Virus record (IMG/VR): IMGVR_UViG_3300021440_000013
Location: 124,001-188,000 of that record
Length of the DNA stretch: 64,000 nt
Strand: one strand, 5' to 3'
The notes under the pieces are model-generated. The model worked only from the letters and a program-made list of their open reading frames with translations. It searched no databases and was not told where the DNA came from. A program made the position numbers and the translations under genes. This document shows, one piece after another, positions 49,132-59,390 of the stretch (position 1 is its first letter; every line of letters starts with the position of its first letter).

Positions 49132-49662
49132 ATGAACCCAGTTGTTTTAAAGAACACACTTTGGAATGCGCTGGCAAAGTTTCTTCTTAGAAAGAAACTT
49201 GCCGCCATCACCAGTAATCGAGGTATTGAACTTGATCGTGACGAGAAGATCGTCATTCGGTCGTTTGAAGGCACCGCTATTAAAGGTCCTGATAAAGGGT
49301 TTTTTAACAAGTTGATCTGGACCTTCTTTTTAAATGAACTTGACGGAGTCATTGGGGATGCTCGGTGGAACCCTGAGCGTAAAGACACACTTCTGATCCG
49401 TCTTAAATGGTGGTTTAGAAATCCGTGCCATAACTTCACGTGGCATGTAATCGGATTTGCCCAGAAGCTGAGCACTCGGGTCGACTTCCAAGCCGAAGAC
49501 GGACCTGGGTGGAATTACGCGATGACCCTCATCAAAGGTCTGGATGATAAGTTTACACTCTACCCCTACTTTCTTTATCTTTCTTCTAAGATAAAGTTTT
49601 ACATCGGGTGGCGTGGCCGTGGAACCTTCGGAATTAAGTTCAACATTAAGACAGGTGAGTAA
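49132..49662 (+). CDS. Hypothetical Trp/aromatic-rich phage protein
   Basis: WWFRNPCHNF and FYIGWR motifs; lies between two RNAP subunit genes. Confidence 0.7.
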   Translation: MNPVVLKNTLWNALAKFLLRKKLAAITSNRGIELDRDEKIVIRSFEGTAIKGPDKGFFNKLIWTFFLNELDGVIGDARWNPERKDTLLIRLKWWFRNPCHNFTWHVIGFAQKLSTRVDFQAEDGPGWNYAMTLIKGLDDKFTLYPYFLYLSSKIKFYIGWRGRGTFGIKFNIKTGE

Positions 49663-49665
49663 ATT

Positions 49666-52600
49666 ATGAAACCTATTTTTAAGGTACTTTATCGGGCAGA
49701 GGGTATTCGCTACAGCGATCGGCTTTTGAACCTCCCGCAGTATAAGCTGACGCAGTTTCCACGAGGGTCTCTTTTTCACAGCGTCGATTACACGCATCTA
49801 CACCCAGACGTAGAGGCTGCTCAGCCCTATTTCACGGGTTATAGCAAGAAGATCTTGGTTGATCATCTTACGCACTATGAGGCTCTTAAAGGCCCCGCTC
49901 GCCAAATCACCTTCAACATCAATCAAGCCACACGGACGTGGCGTCAAAGCCACCGTGCTCTCTGGAGTGAGCTTGAAGCGCCGTATCGTACAGAGCAAAA
50001 TCCTGACGCACTCATTGTCGTAAACTACGGTTATCTGGACAAAGCCCACATTTACCAAAAGGTGCAGTTGGCAGAATATTACCGCTGGTACAATCTCTTT
50101 GATACGCTTTACCGAAAAGTCAACGAGATCGCCGCCGTAAGTGATCGTCATCAGTTCTTGTTTTATCCTTTGCCAAAACTATTACAAGGCCGGGCAATCC
50201 TTCAGAAGTTTGAAAAAGAAGGCGAAGGCTCAATTCGAACGGTGTCGTTCTTTGGCCAAGGTGGAGATGCCAGTTATCTCTTTTTGGACCTTTGGAAATG
50301 GTTAGGTGTTAAGCACCGCGCTAATAGCCTTTTATCACATATCTATCCGAAACATTACGCCAAAGTCAACTTGATCTTCCAGGGTAGTTCAGGTAATCAA
50401 GTTTGGATTAACTTGGGGTATCTGAACAGTTGGATCAAGGGTCAAGAAAACGCAACCGAATTTAACAGTGTCACGCAGTTTGATGCGGAGTTGATCCAAA
50501 AACTCTACCTTCGAATGGCGATGAGTTTGAACTCGGTGGTGACTGAGCCTGAAGTGCTGCCCGATGAAGCGGTTGAAATCAACCAAAGTGTCCCTGTGCC
50601 GAAGGTTTCTGAAGAACCTTCGGCAGGTAGCGTTGACGAAACCAGTCTTGACACCGAGAGCGCGGCGCTTCCCAGTGACGAAGAAGAGAACCCCAACGCA
50701 GGACAATCACTCCTTCGAGTCAACCTTAAAGCAGGCGCTAAAACCGAGGTGGCGGCGCTGGATAAAAAGAGCGATGAGCTTCCCGTTGAGGACCTCACCA
50801 AACTCATGCTCGATGAGCTTGAAAAAGACATGGAGGCACTGGATCGCATCAGTCTTGTTCACCTTAAGAATAGTGGTGAAAAAATGGATGCGACAGGCGG
50901 TCCGGCGGTTGAAATCACGCTGGATAGCCGTAGTGTAAGAGAAGAAGTTTATAAGACACTGAGCGCTGAAGAAGCGCTTAAGAGCCGTATCCGTGAAGAC
51001 GCTGAGGCGAATCTCATTACCGCTTCGGATTACCGTAAGTATGAAGAGGCGATCAAAGCGTACCAAGAAAGCCCTGATCCTTACGGTGGAAAAGAGCCGC
51101 GCATTAAAGCGATGGTGATTAAACCCGAAGAACTCATCATCACTCCCGAAGAAAGTAAGATCGTCTTGACGAGCGCAACGCCTGACACCACAATGGGTGA
51201 AAGCACGCTGAAGACGTTCGATAAGAAATACATTCGAACGGTTCACCGTAAGGACATCTTACAAGCGATCGACGCGATCCAAGGAACCGGTGTGGTGATC
51301 CGTAACCACGAGGTGGAAATCCGGCATAGCGTCCTAGGTGTGTATGAGCACCACCGACTTGAAATCAAACCGATCGATGGTGCGCCGTCCACGCTTCAGT
51401 TTACGCTTCCTGTGGTCGAGGAGGACGGCACCTTTACAGCAGGAGGAAACAAATACCTTCTGCGTCGTCAACGGGTCGACAACGTTATTCGTAAGATCGC
51501 GCCTCAGATCGTCTCGCTCTCGACCTATTACGGTAAGACGTTTATTCAAACGTCGCCTAAGATGTCAAGCAGCAGTCTAGTCTGGCTCTTTAGACAGATT
51601 AACCTACAGGCGCTCTCGGGTGAAGGCCTTATCAGAGACGTTAACCCAGGCAATGCGTTTGATAACGATTACACCGCACCGTACATCTATAACGCACTTG
51701 CCAGTGAGTTTGAATCGATGAGCGTCGGAGACATTAAGCTCATCTTCGATCACAAAGCCGCAAGGAAGCTTCTTAACGAAGGCCAAGGGTATCCGCGATC
51801 TTTGTTTGCAGATGGGGCTGTGTTTTGCGGTGTGGACAGCAAGGGGAATTATATCCGGGTTGACCGCGATAATCACTTTCAGCGCTTTAGTGACAAAGGG
51901 GTGGAGGAGCTCGGTGATTTTGCCAGCTTGGCTAAGCTGGATGTCGAAAAAGCACCGATCGATTTTGCTGAGATGCGGGTGTTTTCCAAGTATGTGCCTG
52001 TGGGGCTCATCCTTGGCTACTATGTGGGCTTTAAACGCCTTATCGCGCTTCTGGACGAGCCGTACCGTGTGGTTGAGGGGCGTAAGAATAAAGGCTTGGC
52101 GCCTAACGAATACGCGGTAAGTTTCCAGGATGTGAGCTACATCTTTAAAACGACAGACCGCGTTAGCACACTGATCCTCTCAGGCTTTATGGAGTATGAA
52201 AAGATCATCAAGATGTTTGAGGCTAAGGAGTTTGACCATAAAGAAGTCTATCTCAACGTCTTAATGGCGAAGAAGATGAGTGCCATCTATGTGCGTGAGC
52301 TCGACATGATGGAGTCGGCCTTTATTGATCCGATTAGTCGTGAGATCTTGGCTGAGATGAAAGAGCCGACCAGCTTTATTCCGCTGCTGGTAAGAGCCGT
52401 AGAACTCCTCACTACGTTTGAACACCCTGCATCGCAAGACCGCTCTGCTATGCGTGACCGGGGCTATGAGCGTTTTGCAGGCACGATCTACAAAGAACTG
52501 ACCCAGGCGGTTCGGCAGTTTAGGAATAAGAATCTCGTAGGGCGCTCTAAGGTCGATATGAGTCCGTTCCAGATCTGGAACGCCTTAATGAAGGACAATT

Positions 52601-54027
52601 CCTTAAAGATCGTTGAGGACACCAACCCGATCCAGAGTTTAAAAGAACAGGAGGTCATCACCTTTACCGGCACAGGAGGTCGTAATAAAGACACGATGAC
52701 CAAAGAGACGCGCGCGTATCACCCGAACGATGTGGGTATTCTGTCTGAGTCGACTGTCGACAGCACCTCTGTGGGGACCATCGCGTACCTCTCTGCAAAC
52801 CCGAACATCAAAAATGTTCGGGGTATCGCAAAAGATGAGAAGGTCTTTAACCCGACGACGATCCTCTCAACCAGCGCACTTTTATCACCCGCCGCAATGA
52901 ACGACAATCCCAAGCGTGTTATGTTTATCACCACGCAGCATTCGCATACGATCGGCTCAAGTGGCTATAAGCAACCTCGACTCCGAACAGGGTATGAGTT
53001 TGTGATTGGGAAACGGACTCCGAAGCTCTTCTCTAGCGCGGCTGAAGAAGACGGTGTTGTGCTGAGTATTGCGGAAAAAGGCATGGTGGTGCGTTATGCC
53101 TCAGGTAAAGAAGTAGGTCTTGAATTAGGTCGACTTCACGGTAAAGCAGAAGGAACGGTGTACCCTCATGATCTCGTCACCTCTTTAGCAGTCGGTGCTA
53201 AGTTTAAAGCAGGCGATATTCTTAGCTATAACACCAAGTTCTTTGAGCCTGATTTTATAAACCCCAAAGAAGTGGTGCTAAAAGTGAACGATGTCGTCAG
53301 AACCGCGTTCATGGAAAACAACTTAACACATGAAGACTCGTGCTCGATTTCTCAGAGCCTGGGTAAGCGTTTTGAAACCGAGGTGATGAAGGTTAAGTCA
53401 TACGTGGTGAAGTTCCAACAAAACCTTCTCGAAGTCATTAAGCTGGGTGCTCGGGTAGACCCAAAGACCGTCTTGATGATCATTGAGGATGAGATCACCG
53501 CGAACACCGGTGCGTTTAGCGAAGACAGCTTAGCGACACTTAAACGCCTTTCAAATGCTGCGCCTAAGGCTGGCGTGATGGGTATCGTTGAAAAGATCGA
53601 AGTGTTCTATCATGGCGACAAACGTGACATGACGGCGTCGATCAAAAAGCTCGCCGATAAATCCGATCAAGACATGGCTCAAGCGGCTAAGAGTGTCGGT
53701 AAGCCCGTTGTTTCGGGGCGTGTTACCGACGAATATCGCGTGGCGGGTTCTCCGCTTGAACTCGATTACGCTGAAGTGAAAATCTACATCTCCGTTAAAG
53801 CGGGTACGGGCGTAGGTGATAAAGCGGTCTTTGGTCATCAGATGAAGTCGACGATCGCCGAAGTGATGGCCGAACCGATCCATACCGAAGCGGGTGAGAT
53901 CGTAGAGGCGACGTTTGGTTACCGCTCTGTGGCTAACCGCGGTGTTCTCTCTCCTTCAATCATTGGCACCACCATCACGCTTCTGGATGTGGTGGGTAAG
54001 AAAGCGGTTGAGCTTTACGAAGCATAA
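49666..54027 (+). CDS. Virion RNA polymerase beta subunit, large fragment (phiKZ gp178-like)
   Basis: 1453 aa; TFTGTGGR, LSESTVDS..VG, HEDS, GVGDK...HQMKST beta motifs. Confidence 0.9.
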   Translation: MKPIFKVLYRAEGIRYSDRLLNLPQYKLTQFPRGSLFHSVDYTHLHPDVEAAQPYFTGYSKKILVDHLTHYEALKGPARQITFNINQATRTWRQSHRALWSELEAPYRTEQNPDALIVVNYGYLDKAHIYQKVQLAEYYRWYNLFDTLYRKVNEIAAVSDRHQFLFYPLPKLLQGRAILQKFEKEGEGSIRTVSFFGQGGDASYLFLDLWKWLGVKHRANSLLSHIYPKHYAKVNLIFQGSSGNQVWINLGYLNSWIKGQENATEFNSVTQFDAELIQKLYLRMAMSLNSVVTEPEVLPDEAVEINQSVPVPKVSEEPSAGSVDETSLDTESAALPSDEEENPNAGQSLLRVNLKAGAKTEVAALDKKSDELPVEDLTKLMLDELEKDMEALDRISLVHLKNSGEKMDATGGPAVEITLDSRSVREEVYKTLSAEEALKSRIREDAEANLITASDYRKYEEAIKAYQESPDPYGGKEPRIKAMVIKPEELIITPEESKIVLTSATPDTTMGESTLKTFDKKYIRTVHRKDILQAIDAIQGTGVVIRNHEVEIRHSVLGVYEHHRLEIKPIDGAPSTLQFTLPVVEEDGTFTAGGNKYLLRRQRVDNVIRKIAPQIVSLSTYYGKTFIQTSPKMSSSSLVWLFRQINLQALSGEGLIRDVNPGNAFDNDYTAPYIYNALASEFESMSVGDIKLIFDHKAARKLLNEGQGYPRSLFADGAVFCGVDSKGNYIRVDRDNHFQRFSDKGVEELGDFASLAKLDVEKAPIDFAEMRVFSKYVPVGLILGYYVGFKRLIALLDEPYRVVEGRKNKGLAPNEYAVSFQDVSYIFKTTDRVSTLILSGFMEYEKIIKMFEAKEFDHKEVYLNVLMAKKMSAIYVRELDMMESAFIDPISREILAEMKEPTSFIPLLVRAVELLTTFEHPASQDRSAMRDRGYERFAGTIYKELTQAVRQFRNKNLVGRSKVDMSPFQIWNALMKDNSLKIVEDTNPIQSLKEQEVITFTGTGGRNKDTMTKETRAYHPNDVGILSESTVDSTSVGTIAYLSANPNIKNVRGIAKDEKVFNPTTILSTSALLSPAAMNDNPKRVMFITTQHSHTIGSSGYKQPRLRTGYEFVIGKRTPKLFSSAAEEDGVVLSIAEKGMVVRYASGKEVGLELGRLHGKAEGTVYPHDLVTSLAVGAKFKAGDILSYNTKFFEPDFINPKEVVLKVNDVVRTAFMENNLTHEDSCSISQSLGKRFETEVMKVKSYVVKFQQNLLEVIKLGARVDPKTVLMIIEDEITANTGAFSEDSLATLKRLSNAAPKAGVMGIVEKIEVFYHGDKRDMTASIKKLADKSDQDMAQAAKSVGKPVVSGRVTDEYRVAGSPLELDYAEVKIYISVKAGTGVGDKAVFGHQMKSTIAEVMAEPIHTEAGEIVEATFGYRSVANRGVLSPSIIGTTITLLDVVGKKAVELYEA

Positions 54028-54031
54028 AACC

Positions 54032-54065
54032 TAGACTAGGATGGGCCTAAACCCATCCTAGTCTA
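54032..54065. terminator. Intergenic 14-bp hairpin (no U-tract)
   Basis: TAGACTAGGATGGG...CCCATCCTAGTCTA. Confidence 0.55.
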
Positions 54066-54148
54066 AATCTGATGAAGACTGCGCTTATCTATTTAAGAAA
54101 GGCGTACTTGAACCCTGTTTTATTTCTTTAAAATGGAGAGATGCTAAA

Positions 54149-54349
54149 ATGGCAACTGTTAATGAGAAAACGCATGAGACGGCCTTGATCCTGGCCAACG
54201 TCGGTGCTGTCGCAACTGGTATCGTTAAAAAGATCAGCGGCAACGATATCAGCACTGCGGTAAATGGCTCGCCGGTGACGGCCGAACTGATCCAGAACCT
54301 GGTTTATCGCCGTGTGGCTATCGCGGCTGAAAAAGAACTCAACGCCTAA
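54149..54349 (+). CDS. Small hypothetical protein
   Basis: SD GGAG; 66 aa; followed by the SD of the next gene. Confidence 0.65.
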   Translation: MATVNEKTHETALILANVGAVATGIVKKISGNDISTAVNGSPVTAELIQNLVYRRVAIAAEKELNA

Positions 54350-54367
54350 AAGAAGGAGCATCAAGAC

Positions 54368-55870
54368 ATGATTAAACGCGAAGTTTATCTGGGCGCAGTT
54401 CCTGTTGCCAACGAACTTAAAGAAAAGAACATCCACGTGATCGCGGTCGATGGCTCGCCTTTGGCTGAGCTGCTCGATCTGTCAACGAGCATCGTTTCTG
54501 TTCAAACGACGGATTTGCCGCGGGTGCTAGCCAATCCGAGTACCCGTAGTGACAATCAAATCTTCAGCGACGAGCAGCGGGCAGGTGAAGTTGAATCGGT
54601 CACGGCTAACTTCGATGGCCAAAGCCAACACTCTTTGAAAGTGGCGGCGCTGGTTGACGACATTGCGCCGTATGTCACGAGCCATATTTCTTTGGCACGT
54701 AACACGGTGGTGCCGATCATCACGGATCTCTCTAACAAACTTCAAAAGTTTATCGAGACGGCTCGTCCGATCGATCCGTCCAGTCTTTTCAAGATCAATA
54801 AACGCAGCCTGCCAGCTATTTTGCAAGACGAGTCCTTCATGGGTGAAGGACTTGAAAACTACGCCTCGAGTCAACATGGCTGGGTGAACTTTAACCTGCG
54901 TTTGGAGGTTGTTGAGGATGAGAACTTCTATCTCTCTTTGATGAACCTCTCGAACGATCGGCTTAACACGCTCTTGGGCGACTGGATCCGTACGCTCGAT
55001 AAAGACTTTTTGAAAAACGTCTTCTCGGTTAACTTCGGTAACAACGCCATCACTGCTGGGTCAATCGTTCAATACGCGCTGGGTGAGCCGGGCGCTACGC
55101 TTGATGCGTATAACGCTGTGGATATCGCTTTGGCTGTTTACATCATGGGTAACCGCATGATGGTCGATGTCCAGCCGACGCAAGGCGTGCCTTTGACGAA
55201 GTATAAGAGTGAACTACGCGGCGTCATTGATTACGCCGGTACGATCATTCATAAAGCGATGCGTACGATCAAGCGTCAGTTTGAATCGAACGTGATGGTC
55301 TCTCGACTCGTGATGAGTGAGCGCTCGGTGACGGTTAACGCCGCGCTCTATACGTCGTGGTTAGAAAGTGGTGGGTGCCCAGAAGCGATTCTCGGGATGG
55401 TGGCTTCGGGTCAAGTCCAGTACGAAGTCTCTGCGATCGAAGAGAAAAAAGAAGAGCTGTGTCGCTACTGGGAGAATTACGTGATGCTCTCCCAGACCAA
55501 TATTCGTGAAGAACTGCGTAAGCGTTTTGCCGCTTACGCAGAGAGCGAAGTGCTTCAGGGTCTCAGTGAACTCACCGAGGTGGAAAAAGAATACGTCTCC
55601 ACGCACTCAAGCCATATGGCCAAGGTCGCTGAAAACGTCAAAGCGGAACTGGCGCACTTTAGCCATCGTTTGATGGACGATGTGCCGCATTTGGCGCTAC
55701 ATCTGATCGCACGGGCACGCTTTTACTTCACCTCGAGCTATCTGATCCTTAACGAAATGGTCGAGGTCTCCAAAGCCAACCCGGACATTGAGCCGCGTGA
55801 AGCGGCATTGTTGGCGGTGATCGCCTATATCACCGAATACATGACGACGCAGGTGCGTTTCGTTCGGTAA
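54368..55870 (+). CDS. Hypothetical head-assembly-region protein (phiKZ gp177-like position)
   Basis: SD AAGGAG; 500 aa; synteny between RNAP beta and protease. Confidence 0.65.
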   Translation: MIKREVYLGAVPVANELKEKNIHVIAVDGSPLAELLDLSTSIVSVQTTDLPRVLANPSTRSDNQIFSDEQRAGEVESVTANFDGQSQHSLKVAALVDDIAPYVTSHISLARNTVVPIITDLSNKLQKFIETARPIDPSSLFKINKRSLPAILQDESFMGEGLENYASSQHGWVNFNLRLEVVEDENFYLSLMNLSNDRLNTLLGDWIRTLDKDFLKNVFSVNFGNNAITAGSIVQYALGEPGATLDAYNAVDIALAVYIMGNRMMVDVQPTQGVPLTKYKSELRGVIDYAGTIIHKAMRTIKRQFESNVMVSRLVMSERSVTVNAALYTSWLESGGCPEAILGMVASGQVQYEVSAIEEKKEELCRYWENYVMLSQTNIREELRKRFAAYAESEVLQGLSELTEVEKEYVSTHSSHMAKVAENVKAELAHFSHRLMDDVPHLALHLIARARFYFTSSYLILNEMVEVSKANPDIEPREAALLAVIAYITEYMTTQVRFVR

Positions 55871-56586
55871 TGAAACTCATCCGTAACGCCGGGAAGGTTC
55901 TTAACGCACTAACGGATCTTCCCGGTAAACCCGTTATCGCCAAGGAGGCGATCACGATCCAGCTTCCAGTGCGCTTTAAAGAAGTGGATCTCTGTAAGAT
56001 AGGTGAGCAGACCTATGCTTATGGGCTATTTGTGATGATCCTTGACTCTGGGGATTACGCGCTCATGAACGTGAACGCGTATCTTGAGCTAGGTCCGTCA
56101 CACGTCGAAATCTCAAAAGTCGATGAGACGGAGTATTACAACTTTCGTTTTGAGGCAGGCGATGTGCTCTTTAGGACTAAGGAGCTCGTGTGCCGGGCTA
56201 ACCTGATCTATAAGGCTATCGAGGAGTTTGTCTTCAAAGGTAAGGCGCCGTGGTACGTTGAATATGAAGACATGGGTAAGATCTTCGATACCGCCAAGCA
56301 TCACGCGAAAACCACCGCAAACATCATGCCAACGGTCGTGGAGTTTATGGCGGCTTATATTGCGCGAAAGAAAGACGATCGAGTGAAGTTTATTCGAGAA
56401 GGCGCAGAGAGCTACGATGATTTTACACGCAAATATCTTGAATGGGTGCCTATGCGTAGCGTCTATTGGTCAGCACCTGGCACCGTTAATAAACTAGCAG
56501 GCGCCTACTTCTCAGACGGTGTCGTGAGTGCGTTGGTTAATCCAAGCACTAAGACCGAGAATATCGAGGGTATCTTGAGGGCTTAA
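55870..56586 (+). CDS. Conserved hypothetical protein (phiKZ gp176-like position)
   Basis: Translationally coupled (TAATG); KLAGAYFSDG...IEGILRA C-terminus. Confidence 0.65.
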   Translation: MKLIRNAGKVLNALTDLPGKPVIAKEAITIQLPVRFKEVDLCKIGEQTYAYGLFVMILDSGDYALMNVNAYLELGPSHVEISKVDETEYYNFRFEAGDVLFRTKELVCRANLIYKAIEEFVFKGKAPWYVEYEDMGKIFDTAKHHAKTTANIMPTVVEFMAAYIARKKDDRVKFIREGAESYDDFTRKYLEWVPMRSVYWSAPGTVNKLAGAYFSDGVVSALVNPSTKTENIEGILRA

Positions 56587-57354
56587 ATGATGAACGGAAA
56601 AGTTTACTTCACGGCAACGAAGTTGTCGATCTTTAAAAAGGAAGGTAAGTTACTTCCTGATGAAAACGGCTACTACGAACTGGTGGTAGGTGGGCTTAAT
56701 ACCTACAACAACACTGGGGCGTGGTATTACACCATCGAGGGCGTGCGGGAACTCTTTGGTCCAGGCAGCATCTTGCACCGACGTATCGCCAATGGTTGTC
56801 TTAGGGCGGAAGTGAATCACCCTAAGCAAAAGCCAGGTGAGTCCGCCGAAGCATTCTTTAATCGGATGCTTGACATCGATCTCAATAACACCTGCGCTCA
56901 CTTTAAGGAAATCTGGCTTGATGAGGAGTTCGGTAAGAAGAACCCTCAGTACAAGAACCCGAACCTGGTGGCGATCATGGCGAAGGTGAAGCCAGCGGGC
57001 CCCAAGGGCCAGATGCTTCAAGAATCGCTTGATAACCCCAGTGAGAATGTCTGCTTCAGTATCCGTGCTCTGGCTGATGAGGGCTATGTTGGTGGTAAGC
57101 GTCTGAGGGTATTAAAGGAAGTCGTCACCATCGATTACGTCAATGAAGGTGGAATCGTGGTCGCCTCCAAGTGGGATTCTCCCGCCATGGAAAGCATCGA
57201 TGACAGCGCACTTCTTGAGATCACACTTAAGACCATTGAGAAAGCTAAGGTAGGTGAATCATGTCTTGCTACCGAGGCTTCTCGTGAACTCGTTGAGTAT
57301 GTAGAAAAGAAGTATTTCAAAGCGACAAAACCCGCGGTCTGGGCAAACTGGTGA
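56587..57354 (+). CDS. Prohead (head maturation) protease (phiKZ gp175-like)
   Basis: His RAEVNHP, Ser CFSIRA, Asp TIDYV; C-terminal self-cleavage-type sites AME and ATE. Confidence 0.85.
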   Translation: MMNGKVYFTATKLSIFKKEGKLLPDENGYYELVVGGLNTYNNTGAWYYTIEGVRELFGPGSILHRRIANGCLRAEVNHPKQKPGESAEAFFNRMLDIDLNNTCAHFKEIWLDEEFGKKNPQYKNPNLVAIMAKVKPAGPKGQMLQESLDNPSENVCFSIRALADEGYVGGKRLRVLKEVVTIDYVNEGGIVVASKWDSPAMESIDDSALLEITLKTIEKAKVGESCLATEASRELVEYVEKKYFKATKPAVWANW

Positions 57355-57387
57355 TGATGTGGAGTGACCTAACGTCACTCCACATCA
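57355..57387. terminator. Intergenic hairpin
   Basis: TGATGTGGAGTGAC...GTCACTCCACATCA, T-rich stretch nearby. Confidence 0.6.
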
Positions 57388-57420
57388 CGCTGCTCTTTTT
57401 AACTTTACCGGGATAACCCT

Positions 57421-57822
57421 ATGAGTGCGCTCACGATTGTTCGTGTTAATGCGCTTCCGCTCCAAACGGAAGCGAACACGCTCTATCTCGTAAAGAAAAC
57501 GGATACCTTATTCGATCTTTACGTCACAAGTTCTGACGGACTCTCTGTTCGTCACGTTGCAACCCAAGAAGACGTTCTTACCCAAAGCGTTCTCTTTTCT
57601 CAAACGCCACCTGCTCTTCCACAGGCTTCCCGTTTGTGGTGGAACACGGTCGAAGGTGTTCTTTACATTCAGTACGATGATGGCGATAGCGTAAACTGGG
57701 TTGAAGCTAATCCTGCTCCTCTTTACCCGGAATTTGGTGGTACGGGCTCATCGAACACGATGGCGCGTGCTGATCACAACCACGACGAGACGTATGTCAC
57801 GATCGGCATCCATCAGTGGTGA
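57421..57822 (+). CDS. Small fibre-related protein
   Basis: N-terminus matches the 13751 protein; LWWNT..G.LY..YDDGDS..WV and ARADHNH fibre motifs; ends GIHQW. Confidence 0.65.
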   Translation: MSALTIVRVNALPLQTEANTLYLVKKTDTLFDLYVTSSDGLSVRHVATQEDVLTQSVLFSQTPPALPQASRLWWNTVEGVLYIQYDDGDSVNWVEANPAPLYPEFGGTGSSNTMARADHNHDETYVTIGIHQW

Positions 57823-57828
57823 TCAAAG

Positions 57829-58950
57829 ATGCTTAAATTTCCAGTTTCCCCCATTGAAGGTCAGATCTACACGTACGACAATGTGCGTAAGTACATTTAT
57901 TCGGCAGGGCGTTGGAAGGTCTACTCTAACAACTACGTCTTGGCGGTGGAAAACGTTAACTTTGCCAATGAGCCCTATGTAGACGCTAAGGTGGGTGCCG
58001 AAGCACAGCGGGCTAACCAAGCCATTGCTGAAGGCGATACGGCAACGCTAACCAGTGCCAAAGCCTATGCCGACACTAAGATTGTCAACGACCCGAGTGT
58101 TTATGAGGCGTTGATTTCTCAAGGTGACGCTGCTACACTGGCGAGCGCTAATGCTCACTCAGATACGCAAGCGGCCAATGCACTTCAAGCGGCCCAAACC
58201 TACTCGGATGCCCTGGTTGCGGGTCAAGACATCAAGAAATCGGTCACGGTTGCAACGACGCAGAACATCGCTTTGTCTGGTGTGCAAACGATCGACGGCT
58301 ACGCGTTGTCTGTCGGCAACACGGTCTTGGTTAAAGACCAGGCCAACGGCGCACAAAACGGCATTTATGTCGTGGCTGCCGGTGCGTGGGCGCGCAGAAA
58401 TGATGCCGACACCTCTGACAAAGTCACCACGGGTCTTACTGTCACCTCTGAGCAAGGCAGCAGCAATCATGACACCACCTGGGTCCTCACGACCAAGGAT
58501 GTCGTGCTTGGCACTTCACCCCTCTCCTTTACGATCTTTGGCTCGTCGGTCTCGGTTGACAACATCACTTTGCGTAAAACCGACAACGTTGTGTCGGTGA
58601 GTCCTTCGGTTACACCGTACGACATCGGTGCGTATGTGAATGGTAAGCCTAACGCGGCGGATGTCATCACGCGCATCATTTGTGTTCGGCCCTTCAATCT
58701 TCCGGCTAACCTAACGGGTAGTCACGCCAACGCAAGTACCCCGCCCAGTTTTCCCGCTGTCTTTACCATCAAGAAAAACGGAGTTTCGATCGGGTCGTTC
58801 CAGTTTGCGGCAGGCGCCGGTAGCGCTTCATTTACTTTTGCTGCCCCGGTTTTCTTTGCCACAAACGATCTGATCACCGTCCACTCTCCTGACACACAAG
58901 ACGCTACCCTTGCGGATATCGCCTTTACGTTCATGGGGAATCTTCAGTAA
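57829..58950 (+). CDS. Fibre/tail protein
   Basis: FPVSP..GQIY N-terminus; GDTATLTSAKAYAD coiled coil; VATTQNIALSGVQTIDG...VLVKDQ...QNGIY domain; C-terminal beta-sandwich. Confidence 0.75.
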   Translation: MLKFPVSPIEGQIYTYDNVRKYIYSAGRWKVYSNNYVLAVENVNFANEPYVDAKVGAEAQRANQAIAEGDTATLTSAKAYADTKIVNDPSVYEALISQGDAATLASANAHSDTQAANALQAAQTYSDALVAGQDIKKSVTVATTQNIALSGVQTIDGYALSVGNTVLVKDQANGAQNGIYVVAAGAWARRNDADTSDKVTTGLTVTSEQGSSNHDTTWVLTTKDVVLGTSPLSFTIFGSSVSVDNITLRKTDNVVSVSPSVTPYDIGAYVNGKPNAADVITRIICVRPFNLPANLTGSHANASTPPSFPAVFTIKKNGVSIGSFQFAAGAGSASFTFAAPVFFATNDLITVHSPDTQDATLADIAFTFMGNLQ

Positions 58951-58959
58951 GGGGGAGGT

Positions 58960-59376
58960 ATGCTCTTTGGAAACTCAAAGCTCGCCAATAGTCTTCTAAA
59001 CGCCATCTTAACGGAAGGTGCTTTGTCGACGATGGGTCAGTGCTCCATCTTGGTGTATAAAAACACCATCCCGACTGATCAAGCAGCACTTAGTTTCGAT
59101 CCAGCAACACGAAGCGCCGATCTCCTGGGCACGTTTACGAACTCTACGTTCAGTGTTACGGGTAACGCCATCTCACTTAAACAGCCGCCCAGCGCCATCA
59201 CGACGCCTGTGGCCGGCACGGTGACATGGGCGTATATCAAAGGTGCTAATAGCGTTGGCTTTATTGTGGATGTGGGGTTGGCTGGAAGCTACTCGCCGCT
59301 TATCTTAGACAAGCTTGTTTGTACTGCGGGTGGATCTCTAACCGTGGTTGAAGCGGGCATGAGTCTTGTGTTCTAA
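58960..59376 (+). CDS. Small virion protein, paralog type A1
   Basis: PTD...AGTVTW...IVDV. Confidence 0.7.
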   Translation: MLFGNSKLANSLLNAILTEGALSTMGQCSILVYKNTIPTDQAALSFDPATRSADLLGTFTNSTFSVTGNAISLKQPPSAITTPVAGTVTWAYIKGANSVGFIVDVGLAGSYSPLILDKLVCTAGGSLTVVEAGMSLVF

Positions 59377-59390
59377 GAAGGAGATGTGCT

